Of a stretch of 19,002 bases of DNA, positions 1 to 10,300 are shown one piece after another. Source of the stretch: Chlorokybus atmophyticus (taxonomy: Eukaryota; Plantae; Mesostigma and Chlorokybus algae). Every line of letters starts with the position of its first letter. Positions within the stretch are counted from its first letter, which is position 1. The translations under genes were made by a program, and so were the position numbers. The DNA is taken from positions 1-19,002 of the forward strand of contig RHPI01001248.1 of the NCBI GenBank assembly GCA_009103225.1. The letters are read 5' to 3'. The notes under the pieces were generated by a model, which saw only the letters and a list, made by a program, of their open reading frames with translations, had not been told where the DNA came from and ran no database searches.

Positions 1-1
1 T

Positions 2-1564
2 ATCAAGTACAAGCCCGGTACGTCAAATGGTGTTGCTGACGCGCTGAGCCGGCTTAATGCAATTGAGGCACTCGCTCAAGTGCAACCCGAGTGGACCGAC
101 CAGATTCGGCAAGTGCTTTATGAAGACACGGAGGGTATGAAAGTGTTGCAAGAGCTGGAAAATACAGCTCCGGACACAAGTGGGCACTGGTCAATGCGCG
201 ACGGGCTGCTGTGGCACCATGAGCGCTTGTACATCCCCAACGTCGCGCATATCCGTGTGAAGTTGCTGAAGGAAGCTCATGACGTGCCCATTGCTGGTCA
301 CCAAGGGTTGGAAAGGACTTTGGCAAGCTTAAAACAGCGTTTTTACTGGCGAGAGATGCATCGCGATGTGCGCGACTACGTGGCGTTGTGCGACGCATGC
401 CAAAGGGTGAAGGCAAGCAACCAAAAGCCAGGTGGGTTGCTGCAACCTCTCCCTGTGCCATTGTCCAAGTGGGAGCAAGTTACCATGGACTTTATCACGG
501 GGCTACCAAAGACAAAAGAAGGGTACGACGCTATACTTGTGTTCGTCGATAAAACCAGCAAAATGGTACGCTTGGCACCGTGTAGTGAGTCTTGCACGGC
601 ACCGGAGGCAGCACGCTTGTTCGTGAAGCATGTATTTCGTTCTCATGGATTACCACGAAGCATTGTGAGTGATCGCGACCCGCGCTTTACAAGTAAGTTA
701 TGGGAGGCGCTGCATAGTGCACTGGGTACCACACTGAAGTTTAGCGCGGCATTCCACCCGCAAACTGATGGGCAAACGGAGCGGGCCAACCGTGTGATCG
801 AGGACATGCTGCGTTGCTACGTTAACGCGCGACAAGACAATTGGGAGGAGCTGCTTGAGTTGGTTGAGTTTGCGATCAACAACCACCACAATGCAAGCAC
901 AGGTGTCACTCCCTTCCTTATGAACTACGGGCAACATCCATTGACACCGTTGACGGCATGGACACCGCGACGACATGACGTGCGTGTGGAGGCAGCTAAT
1001 GACTTCCTTACAAAGTGCGCGGACATTAACAAGGCAGCTAGGGATGCGTTATTGGTGGCACAAAATCGGCAGAAGCAGTACGCGGACGCGCATCGCCGAC
1101 ACCTCACGTTTCAGGAAGGCGACATTGTGTTACTCTCCGCGAAGCACGTCCAGGTGCGTACGGGAGTTCGCAAGCTGAATGAACGCTGGTTGGGACCATT
1201 TAAGGTCAGCAAAGTTATCTCGGACGTGGCGTACAAGTTGGAGCTACCCGACACCATGCGTGTGCACCCCGTTTTTCACGTCTCCCTTCTGAAAGCATAT
1301 CGAGGACAACCGCCAGAAAGGCCACCCCCCGAAGTTGGCACGGACGGTGAACCCGAGTGGGAGGTAGAAGACATCCTTGGTGAGAAGTTTGTGCATGGCG
1401 TACGCAAGTTCTTAGTGAAATGGAAGGGCTATCCGTTGCATGAAGCATCCTGGGAGCCAGAGGCACACTTGACTAATGCTCAAGACGTTGTGCGTGCCTA
1501 TCTTGCTCGACGACAACCTCGCGAGCTTCGAGGACGAAGCTCACCTGGGGGGGGAGGAGTGTAA
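2..1564 (+). CDS. pol: Ty3/gypsy (chromovirus) Pol polyprotein, 3' part: end of RNase H, integrase, chromodomain; 5'-truncated by the window
   Basis: The frame is open from position 2 (IKYKPGTSNGVADALSRL, RNase H end). It shows the HHCC finger (HDVPIAGHQG...CDAC), DDE core (MDF, SDRD, QTERAN), GPY/F motif (RWLGPFKV) and a chromodomain (WEVEDILGEK...FLVKWKGYPLHEASWEPEAHL). The TAA stop at 1562-1564 lies inside the LTR. Confidence 0.96.
   Translation: MKYKPGTSNGVADALSRLNAIEALAQVQPEWTDQIRQVLYEDTEGMKVLQELENTAPDTSGHWSMRDGLLWHHERLYIPNVAHIRVKLLKEAHDVPIAGHQGLERTLASLKQRFYWREMHRDVRDYVALCDACQRVKASNQKPGGLLQPLPVPLSKWEQVTMDFITGLPKTKEGYDAILVFVDKTSKMVRLAPCSESCTAPEAARLFVKHVFRSHGLPRSIVSDRDPRFTSKLWEALHSALGTTLKFSAAFHPQTDGQTERANRVIEDMLRCYVNARQDNWEELLELVEFAINNHHNASTGVTPFLMNYGQHPLTPLTAWTPRRHDVRVEAANDFLTKCADINKAARDALLVAQNRQKQYADAHRRHLTFQEGDIVLLSAKHVQVRTGVRKLNERWLGPFKVSKVISDVAYKLELPDTMRVHPVFHVSLLKAYRGQPPERPPPEVGTDGEPEWEVEDILGEKFVHGVRKFLVKWKGYPLHEASWEPEAHLTNAQDVVRAYLARRQPRELRGRSSPGGGGV
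1547..1559 (+). other. Polypurine tract (PPT) of the LTR retrotransposon
   Basis: GGGGGGGGAGGAG lies directly before TGTAAC at 1560. Confidence 0.9.
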
Positions 1565-2231
1565 CAGTCAAGGCCAAATTCTGTGATTTTCATGGCCGTT
1601 TTAGGCCTTATTTGTAAGGTACATGTTTTTAATGACTTGTGGCGGATATCGGCGAGTTATGAGTCTGCCGCGGATATCGACCGGGGCCCCAAGACCAGTC
1701 CGGAAGGTGCCAGAAAACGGAGGGCCAGTCGAGAAGGGCTCGACCAGATTTCTGGAAGGGCCTGGCGCCAAGTAGTATAACTTGACCATATGAGCAGCAA
1801 ATTAGGAGATCTTTGGTGCGTTAGAAAGGTCTAGAAGTGTACTACAAGATTCTGCCAGAATATCTTAGCTTCTAGTTCCGTCTAGCGCTAGAATCGTCTA
1901 GACAGTAGCATGTGCAGACTGGTAGGTATAAAAGTGACATTCTACAATTTGCAATATAACCTTTAGCTCCCTAGTTTCTTGTGTGCAAGCTTGGTGGTGG
2001 TTAGCAGGGGTTGCTAGCGTGTGCCCACCGGTGTGTGCTTGCTTGTGTGACGATCCAAGGCGCTACACAAGTCGGTGTGTAGCTTCGAGCGCATGCGCGT
2101 GCGTACGCGAGTGGCGGGGCGCGCGTGTGTGCTTGGCAAAGGGGGCAAGGTTCCGGTGTGAATACCGTGTCTTGGTGAGAGGGTTGTGGATTGGACCAAC
2201 TCACAGGTGACAAGGCACGAGCACCGTCACA
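1560..2231 (+). mobile_element. 3' LTR of the chromovirus (about 672 bp)
   Basis: Starts TGTAACAGT right after the PPT. The best end is ACCGTCACA at 2231 (7/9 inverted match to the start); GGTGACA ending at 2212 is an alternative. The 5' LTR is outside the window, so the end and TSD cannot be confirmed. Confidence 0.75.
1927..1933 (+). promoter_or_regulatory. TATA box in LTR U3
   Basis: TATAAAA in the middle of the LTR, after an AT/CTAG-rich stretch. Confidence 0.55.
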
Positions 2232-2710
2232 CAGATGCTGAGTAGAGCGTTGGGAGAAATCGCGTAGCTTTGTGAATACGTAAGCTTAGCAGGCGTGGCT
2301 TAGCTTGTTGGAAAGCTCTGGTTGTGAGCTAGACAGCGTAGCTTACAGAATAGCAATCGGCTGAGTATAGCGCACGCGGTGCTTGCCAATGTAGACGTGT
2401 GTAGAGACTGGCGGGGTATAAAGCCCTGACTTGTTGCAATGAAGAGAGGTCACGATGTAGCATGTGTGCGGATGCTATGGTGGCAGTAGCAGTCATGCTC
2501 TTGTGTTGATGTTGTTGGCGTGTCACTTGCACGTGTGTATGTCAACAAATCATTCGTGCATCAACCAGCAATGCCGCAGGTGACTGTTCGAAGCAACCAA
2601 CTGATGACGGTGTGACGCAGTTGACTATTGCAATTGCAGTGTCGCAAGCAGCTAACCCACATGATATTGGTTGACAGCACCACAGTGCACTAAGTCCTGT
2701 TGGAGCTCCT

Positions 2711-5700
2711 ATGCAAGCCTGGATTCAATCCCATCAACTCGTCCTTCAATCCCACTTGCTGATGGGCGCGGCGGCAATGCGGCATCAGTTTAACATGCAT
2801 GTTGGCCTATTGAATCCCGACATGTCCATTGGGGCAGTGGCGCATGATGTGCCCATGGCTCAAGAGCTCCGTGACGAGTCTGCCATCGAGGTTGGCGGGG
2901 AGAGTGCAGCCAATACCACCTTGTCAGCCCCCATGGCTTCCCCTGCTCCATGCAGCCCACTGGCCATTGAGGTAAGTCGCTGTCTTTTATGCTCGTGCCT
3001 TGGTAACAATGCGTCAGGCACTGCATAAGCTTATATTCGTCCTTTGCAACATTGTGAGCCATCTTATCCTGGGTCCTGTATACAGCCCCCCTTGCTGCAT
3101 GCACAAGTGGTCTCACCTGCAGCTCCTGCTCCCCTCCCAGCCAGAGCGCAACCACCTTCCGCGGCACCAGTCCTTCGTGCACTGCCATCTCCTCCACGAG
3201 CAGCACCGGTGATTGCGGGGCAACAATCCTTCTTGCCGCCACCGGCGAGACCACAGCACAATGCAACAACCGATGTGGCTTCTGCACCTACCTTACCCCA
3301 CCCGCTGCAAGTTGAAGCCGGCAGTCTGCCCCAAACTCAGGTACTTTATCAGTCACTGTGACTCTTGCCGTCCACAGTTGGACACACCATGTGAGTGCTG
3401 TATGCGCATGCAGCAGGGGTCACCACCTGCCAGCGAGTCATCAGAGGAGCTGGCCGCAACCCGCATACGGCCATCAGTCATGCTAGGTGGCCAGCTCGCC
3501 TCATGGGACCACTTCAATGCGCCAACGGATGGTAACTGCTTCTACCATTGTGTATTTCGCGCCAGGCCATCCATAGCGCAAAGTGTCCTGGATGATCACA
3601 AGTGCCCCAGCTCGAGCAGATTTTGGGCCATGCTGGACACCATGGACGACGACGGCAGGGGGCACACTCTCCGCAAAATCACCGCCAAGGCTGTCGATGC
3701 AGGCGTGGCGAGCAGAATCCTAGACTTCTGCAGAGCCACTGGTGCCGCGGGAGAGATGGCGCAGTATTACGACAAACTGCCTGCGACCATGTTGGCTGAT
3801 ATCAACTGCAACATTGACCTAGCCATGGCCAAGGTGCGACAGATCGTGCGGAGAAAAGATGTGTACGTCGAGCACCTGCAGATGACCATGTTTGCCAACA
3901 AGCTGGGCTTGTTGATTGGCTGCGTGACCGTTCAGCGCGAGCATGGGGAGTGGGTGCCACGGCCCGGCAGCGCAGTTTGGGTTGGAAATAAAGAAGCCCC
4001 CAACTCAGTCCTGGTGGTGGGCAACACTGCTCCTGATGAGCCAGAAGCACACTTTTGGCTCCTCAAGCCTGCAAGCACCGAACAGTGGTCGTGGCCTATG
4101 CATGAAGTGCCACCGGAGGTAACACACCTGATCGGAGAGTGGCGGAATGGCGTTGCCAATTCCCCGCTACCACCGGCTGTGACCCAGAGTGCTGCGCCAA
4201 CGCCTCAGGCCTCGCCTTCGTGTGCTAGGCAAGAAGTAGCCGAGTGTTCTGCACATCCTGCCTCCCCTCAACCACAGCCACATGCTCGCAATCCCAATTC
4301 AGCACCCTCCCTTCCTGCCGCGGAGACTCACTTGCCACCGCACTCTGACCATCCGGAGGCATCTCCATCAAGAAGCAGCTGTAGCTCGCCCTCTCCCTCT
4401 AAGCTTGCCACATTGATCCCAGCCTGTCTTGTTGGTAAAGAGATTGATCGAGGTGTCCTGAAAGCTGCGCTGAAAGACAAAGGCTTCATGCTCGACCTCA
4501 TGAAGCAACATGAGGTCGTGGAGGAACGGGAGGCAACCAACAAGCGCAAGGCTGTGGAGCAAGAAGATAACGCCTTACCTCCTCTGAGTGACAGTGCCAC
4601 GGAGAGCGCCTGCCAGGATGTGCAGGGTGACAAAAAAAAAAAGAAGAAGGTTGTTGGAACAAAGGACGCTGACAGGACCAAAAAAGGAAAGGTGAGGCAT
4701 CGTTACAACATTAGAAGAAGCACAGCGCCTTGAAGCCTCACTGGGGCTGACTGTGTGTCCTGAGTAGGCACAGGCGGGTTTACAGCGTCAAGTGGCTGCT
4801 CAGCATCGTCCAGAGAGACAGCCGGTGCGGCACGAGCTGCCTAAGCTCAAAGCACCGACGCGCAGACGCTTTGGGGGGCTGACTCGTAGTGCAAAGGAGT
4901 TGATCACCCTACAGTACGCCCAAGACGCGCTGCATCACCGCATGCGGCATGCCTCGAGGTGGGTGACGAAAGTTTGCAATAAGTGGGAGCAAACGCGGAG
5001 AATGCGGTCTAAACAGACCTCTGGGGATTGGCCGTGGTTGGAACCCATACACGATATGGCCATCCGTAGTACGTTGTTGCCCCTCGCCGTCCTCGATATG
5101 ATGGTGTTGTTGCTGCCGCAGCAACCCGGCAATGTGCAAGAGCTATCTGCGGAGCAGAACTTCGACCTGCTGCAGCAGATGTACCTGTCGATGTCGACTA
5201 ATGCGGGTCGAGATGTGTGCCACTACCTGAGCAAACATACTGGGTGGCAAGTAAAACCATTCGAGCTGTACTTGGCATGCTTTGGCTGGCAGTGGCTGTA
5301 TGTCATACGGCACGTCGAGCTGATTCTGTGGAAGCTCGAAGAAAATGACGATGCGGGGGAGTACACGAGTGACGACAGCCATGTCGAGGGCCTGGATGAA
5401 CGCATGCTGGACGAGACCACCAAGACCAGCAGGTGGTGTATGGCGGCAGATGGGCGTCAGGTGATCGAGCAGGCAGTGGAGCGTTATGCTGCGCCATTCA
5501 GATGGGAGTCGCTACGCCTGCGACGCGATAACAGAGTTTGGTGGCAGAGGCAGCTTGCACACCCGCGTGCACCATGTGTGCTGATTTGTCGCATTGAAGA
5601 GCCACCCCCCCCAGCGGATGGGGAGACGCCCTGTTGCAAGAAAGCGATGTGCCATGTCTGCATCATAGCACATCAGAAGACTGTGGCAAATAAATCAAAG

Positions 5701-5802
5701 AATCTACAAGCGTGTCCATTCTGCAAGCAACCTCACCCGTTTTGGTCGCCACGCCTGATGCAAGACGCCAACGTGTCGGCGGTGATTTGGCCCCCGCCTT
5801 GA
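2711..5802 (+). CDS. 4-exon gene, about 936 aa: Pro/Ala-rich N-terminus, OTU-like cysteine protease, basic NLS-like run, C-terminal RING-like finger
   Basis: Exons 2711-2971, 3086-3340, 3414(or 3417)-4691 and 4786(or 4774)-5802 join through phase-0 GT-AG introns (GAG|gtaagt, CAG|gtactt, AAG|gtgagg). OTU-like motifs are PTDGNCFYHCV and EAHFWLL; KKKKKK lies near 4632. The RING-like part is CVLIC-x13-CCKKAMCHVC-x17-CPFC. No internal stops after splicing. Confidence 0.7.
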
Positions 5803-6049
5803 TGCCAATTGTGCATGTATTGTAGTTTTGTGTTGGCTTCCAGTGAACCATGTAGGTACATGTATAGTTGCAGCATGGTGCATGGTGCACCAGATATCTG
5901 CTGTTTTAGAAGCATTGGCTGTACATGTGTATGATGACTGCCCGGCGCATGAGTCAGTGCATGGCTTGCATACCTCGCTGGTTTAGAGTGTGGTTGACAG
6001 CAACAAACTCGGACAGCGCTCTGGGTTCCATGGCATGACAGCACAGTAT

Positions 6050-6192
6050 TACTCTACGATCGTGGTAGTATGCCAGTATCCTTGTACTGTAGTACCATTA
6101 ACAGATGGAGTACCATTCATGTTGATGCAGTACCATGCATGGTACTGCAGTACCATGCATGGTACTGCAATAGCGTATAAGGTACAGTCGTG
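6050..6192. repeat. GTACCAT/ATGGTAC palindromic motif cluster (left)
   Basis: Several GTACCAT copies, including a perfect 44-bp palindrome at 6126-6169 made of two tandem GCAGTACCATGCATGGTACT units. Confidence 0.85.
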
Positions 6193-6212
6193 CTTCACTT
6201 GAAGTTTGACCC

Positions 6213-6261
6213 ATTTAGGGTTCGTAAGCTGGCAACCCTAAATTGATGCCCATACCCTAAA
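6213..6261. promoter_or_regulatory. Telo-box-like motifs upstream of the methyltransferase gene
   Basis: ATTTAGGGTT (6213-6222) and AACCCTAAAT (6234-6243) form a 10-bp inverted pair; ACCCTAAA follows at 6254-6261. The ATG is at 6305. Confidence 0.5.
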
Positions 6262-6639
6262 GTCTCGCTCAGTTTGTGGGCAGCCGTGCCGATTCCTATT
6301 TTGCATGATGTCGGCGGCAGCAGTTGAATCACCCTCACCTAGGAGACCATGATTGGTGTGCCCACAATGCAATGCGTACGTATGTGCCAATGGCCGTAGG
6401 CAGCAAACGCGAGCACACTTGACCGAATGCCAGCGAGTGCAGACAGTGTGCCACGGTTGTAGTGCTGCTTGCTGGCATCACACCACACACAATGTCGACG
6501 TGTTTGGCTGCCGCCTCGGCCAAGTGCTGTGCAAGGAACCCGAGTTTTTCCATTGCGTGCAGTGCGTGTGCGAATCGTGCTCGCGCTCATGCTTCGAGTG
6601 GCGAGGGGAACCCATGCGCTTCTTCACACCAATTGACGT

Positions 6640-6930
6640 GAAAGGACCATGAATGGTCTGTACCCTTGAACCGGGATTTTCCCCTGCCAAATGAATTCCG
6701 TGGACCATGTATGGTCGGACTGTCATTGACAGTCCGACCATACATGGTGTGAAGTTCATGTGAACGGTCCCATGTTTTTTGGGGGTCGCACCATGTATGA
6801 TGCGCAGTTCCACCAAGTTGTATGGACCATGCGTGGTCCGAACTGAACATGTAAACGAGGACCAAGGTCCATGCATATGAGTGATTATGTATGGACCATG
6901 CATGGCCCGAATTTACATGCAAACGTGGAC
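6640..6930. repeat. Left subterminal repeats, GGACCATG(C/T)ATGGTCC family
   Basis: TGGACCATGCGTGGTCCG at 6823-6840, a perfect 22-1-22 palindrome at 6704-6748, and many GGACC/GGTCC copies. Confidence 0.85.
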
Positions 6931-7689
6931 TAAGGATGGTTCTTGCATGTGAGTGAATATGCATGCGAAGTAGACCAGGTCTGGTCCACACCAGCCAACT
7001 GTGTTTGCAAAAAGAGAAACGCAAATGCATATTTTCATTGCATATATAATCAGCAAAAAACGCAACACTCTATGCCTATCAAGGCTAACTACACTACAGC
7101 CCCGTCCTTCGGACGCCGAGCTTGCGCCAGCGTTGTAGAGCACTTGAAAGGTCTGCGCAAATGTGACTATCATTGTGCAGGACTGTACACATGTGCGTGC
7201 CTGCGCGCGCATGCGTGCATATGATGTGGAACTGTTGGCGTATGTTGCATGGTATGTATTCGTGTGTGCAGAGCTGTGCAATGGTTTGCTACTATGCATT
7301 CATGTGCGTGGGCATGCGACATTGCATGCATGAGAGACAAAGCAGACCTTGCGTTGCCCGCACCTTGTTGGCGGTGACTCACAAGTTGGATTTGTGGCCT
7401 CGTGCTTCTCCACAGCTGGCCGGTGAGCAAGCCACGATGACACATCACTCGATTGCACCTGCTGAAAACTGTCTGCAGCTACACTGCACACGCGCATGTG
7501 TGAGTATGTGTGTATGTGTGTGCATGCTTTTAGCATGTATTTGACCGTCTACATGGCTGTTGAACAACTGAATTGATTGCGCACACGCATGTGCACAGCC
7601 TGCACAGATGCGTGCGTAAACATGTGTGTGCGTGCCTAGCAACCATTCGACTGGACTATTAGATGGTTGGCCACCTGACATTCCTCGAC

Positions 7690-9460
7690 AGTCCGCAGCC
7701 AACAGTCCTGTTGACAGGCCTCGACTGTCATTGACAGCCGAGGGCTGTCATTGACAGCTAAGGACTGTTGAAAGGACAGCCCTTCCCACAGCCCTCGGCT
7801 GTCAAGGTTGAGCGCGTGTTGTTGTGATGGTTGTTGTTGGTAGCAATTGCTGTTGTTGAGAGTGCTGATGATAACCCTCACTTGAGGTACCGTGTTGTGC
7901 ACATTGTGCAAACCAATACATACTAGGCACTTGTGCAATAACACACTTACAAACGTGCACGCAAACCACATGTACACCACGCATGCATACACACGCATTA
8001 CCTGTTGATGTTGTAGCCGAGGTTCGGTAGAGCGAGGGAGCGACAATACACCCTACCGGTGCACTTTGTGTGCTTTTCGAGAGCTCGGCTATATCAAAAC
8101 CGCAGAAGTGGCAAGCATAGATGTAGTATATTGTAGGGCCTGCACGCGTATGTACATGCAAGTAAGCGTGCGTGCGTGCGCAAGGGAGTGGGACTGTCAC
8201 TGTTTGTATGCACGCGCGGTACTGTGCGTAGGCTTGTGTGTGCATGAGTAGGAGCACAGTACTCACCTGCGACAGTGTGCGATAAGCCTCCTTGGCCTGC
8301 GCATTTGCCGTGCATGATGCGCAAACGCCAGCCAGAGTACAAACCTTTGCGCGCACCTTCAAGGCGCTGGATGCTTGGAACGACTGTCAACCACCAACAG
8401 TCGTAGACTGTCGGTTGTTGTTAGTGCTGTTGGAAGGACTGTCGACAACAGCGGAGGGCTGTCGAGGGAAGTGCTGTGGGATAGATAATTGACAGTCTCC
8501 GGCTGTCGGCAGCCAATAGTGGAAGGCTGCAGATTTCGTGGGAACGGCTGTGTTGGAGGGGCAGGGAGGAAGGTAAGTATAATGACAGGGGGAACGAGGG
8601 TGGGAGAGGGGAGCAAAACATAGAGAATACGCATGGAGGTGCCACATTACTTGTGCTTCAGCGAGTGTGCGCGTGCATGTACTTGCATGCCATGCAGTGC
8701 CACGCAGACACATGCAATCACACCCATGCGCATGTGTGCATGCGTGTCTCTGCGTGTGTGTGCGTGCATACATGTTTGTACAAGTACCTTCACGCTTATC
8801 GCCATTACTAAGTCGTCCTCCTTGCACATATGCCCTCACGCCGGCCGTGTATGTGCATACGCCTCGCCAGCAGCATTCATCACCCCGCTGCTTAGCATGC
8901 GCAGCCGAGTGAGCCTGCCCTGCGCGCCCAGCATATACACCTATGGAATGAAACGCAGAGGGGGTGAGCATGATTAGGCGAGCATGGATTACCTCTAGCT
9001 TACAAAGCTTATAAGCACACTCAGTCGCTGATTTTTTCATGCAATGGGAGTAGTAGTTGGCGCACTTAAGCTTGACTATTGCATTAGCATTGAAATACCA
9101 TTCAGCTTAATGTATGCAAGCAATGCACAGCATAACAATAGACAAGCAAACACATGTGTGACTGCTTGCACGAGGTGTGTATAAACCCTGCTTTGTGCAA
9201 GCAAGCAAGCTAGCTCGCCGAGTGCACACTAAGCTGAATGCATGCAGTTCAACAACGGCTGGACAGCATGAGTATGCTGCATACCTCCGTTGACTTGGCA
9301 ATAAGTTAGCAGCAAAGCATAAGAGCAAGCAAGCAAGCTTACCGGCTGAAGGTTTTAAGGAGCGGACACTCCAGCAGCAGTTTTTGCTGTCAACAGTCAT
9401 TCACTAGAGTAGCTAACCTTCCCAAGTGACAATCGAGGGCTGTCAACAGTGCGACTGTCA
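7690..9460. repeat. Three clusters of CTGTCA/TGACAG motifs (about 7690-7805, 8380-8510, 9385-9460)
   Basis: CGAGGGCTGTCA is identical at 7739-7750 and 9434-9445. GACTGTCATTGACAG is identical at 6718-6732 and 7723-7737. Confidence 0.7.
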
Positions 9461-9929
9461 ACATTGCAGCTGCAATTGTTGCTAACCATTTGTGATGCTA
9501 TGACAGCAGGCTGCAGCAACAGCTTCAATCACAGCATGGTCACCAACAACAGCGACATCAACGACAACAAGAACACTCTGATAACGGCAGCAGCAGGAGC
9601 CGCCGTTGCTGCAACCAAAGTAGCTGCTGTTACAGGTTACACATTAGCTCTTAAAACTTGACATCACAGCATTCACAATGGGGCATGCAGTGAACAACTG
9701 AACACCTTTACGCAACACCGCCGCCTCCAGCGCCGCCTCGCTCAGGGCAGCAGGCTGCTCCAGCACCTCCGCTGTCGGCGGTAGCATGTGGGTGCAGTTA
9801 CAAGCAGCCAACTGATTGTCTCCCCTGATAAGTCCAAGCACTGTGCATTGCTGACGTGTACAGCTGGCTACTCGTACTGATCCATGTGATCAGTACGAGT
9901 AGCAGCGTGTCACGACGGAGCAAGGGACG

Positions 9930-10300
9930 AGGGGAGCTCACCATGCATGGTTCGTACATTAGGGTTTGATGAGCCGCACCACGGACCAAAAGGCGCCATG
10001 CACGGTCTCTTAATCACGGAGTGCGGACCACGCAAGGTCCGTACACTAATTGACAGTCGGACCGGTAATATGCCTGGTCCGGCTGTGGACCATGCATGGT
10101 CCGGTTTTTCGCGATAATTCAGATCGGTTTTAAACCTGGTCCGGCCGCGCACCATGTCTGGTGCGCGACTGCGCACCAGGATTCGGGGCCCCGATCAGAC
10201 CAGGAACAGTCCGTCCCTCGCGGACCAGGCAATCCTGGCCCGCGAGGGACGGACCATGTATGGTCCGCGGGGTCCGTGGAAGGACCATACCTGGTCCCCA
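9930..10300. repeat. Right subterminal repeats, GGACCATG(C/T)ATGGTCC family
   Basis: TGGACCATGCATGGTCCG 10086-10103, CGGACCATGTATGGTCCG 10250-10267, a 21-4-21 hairpin at 10209-10254, and ATTGACAGTCGGACC 10049-10063 (14/15 match to 6725-6739). Confidence 0.85.

Noticed and set aside
54-1466. Antisense and alternate-frame ORFs overlapping pol
   Set aside because: Shadow ORFs of a GC-rich coding sequence with no independent motifs.
6900-9450. Numerous 60-217 aa ORFs rich in C, V, H, T and A
   Set aside because: They are translations of TG/CA-rich low-complexity DNA on both strands with no domain signal.
9867-9903. Helitron 3' terminal hairpin
   Set aside because: No CTRR terminus at the expected distance on either strand, and it lies inside the CACTA-like element.
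6640-10300. CRISPR-like array from the palindromic GGACCATG repeats
   Set aside because: Repeats are short, degenerate and irregularly spaced, with no constant repeat-spacer period and no cas genes, in a eukaryotic context.
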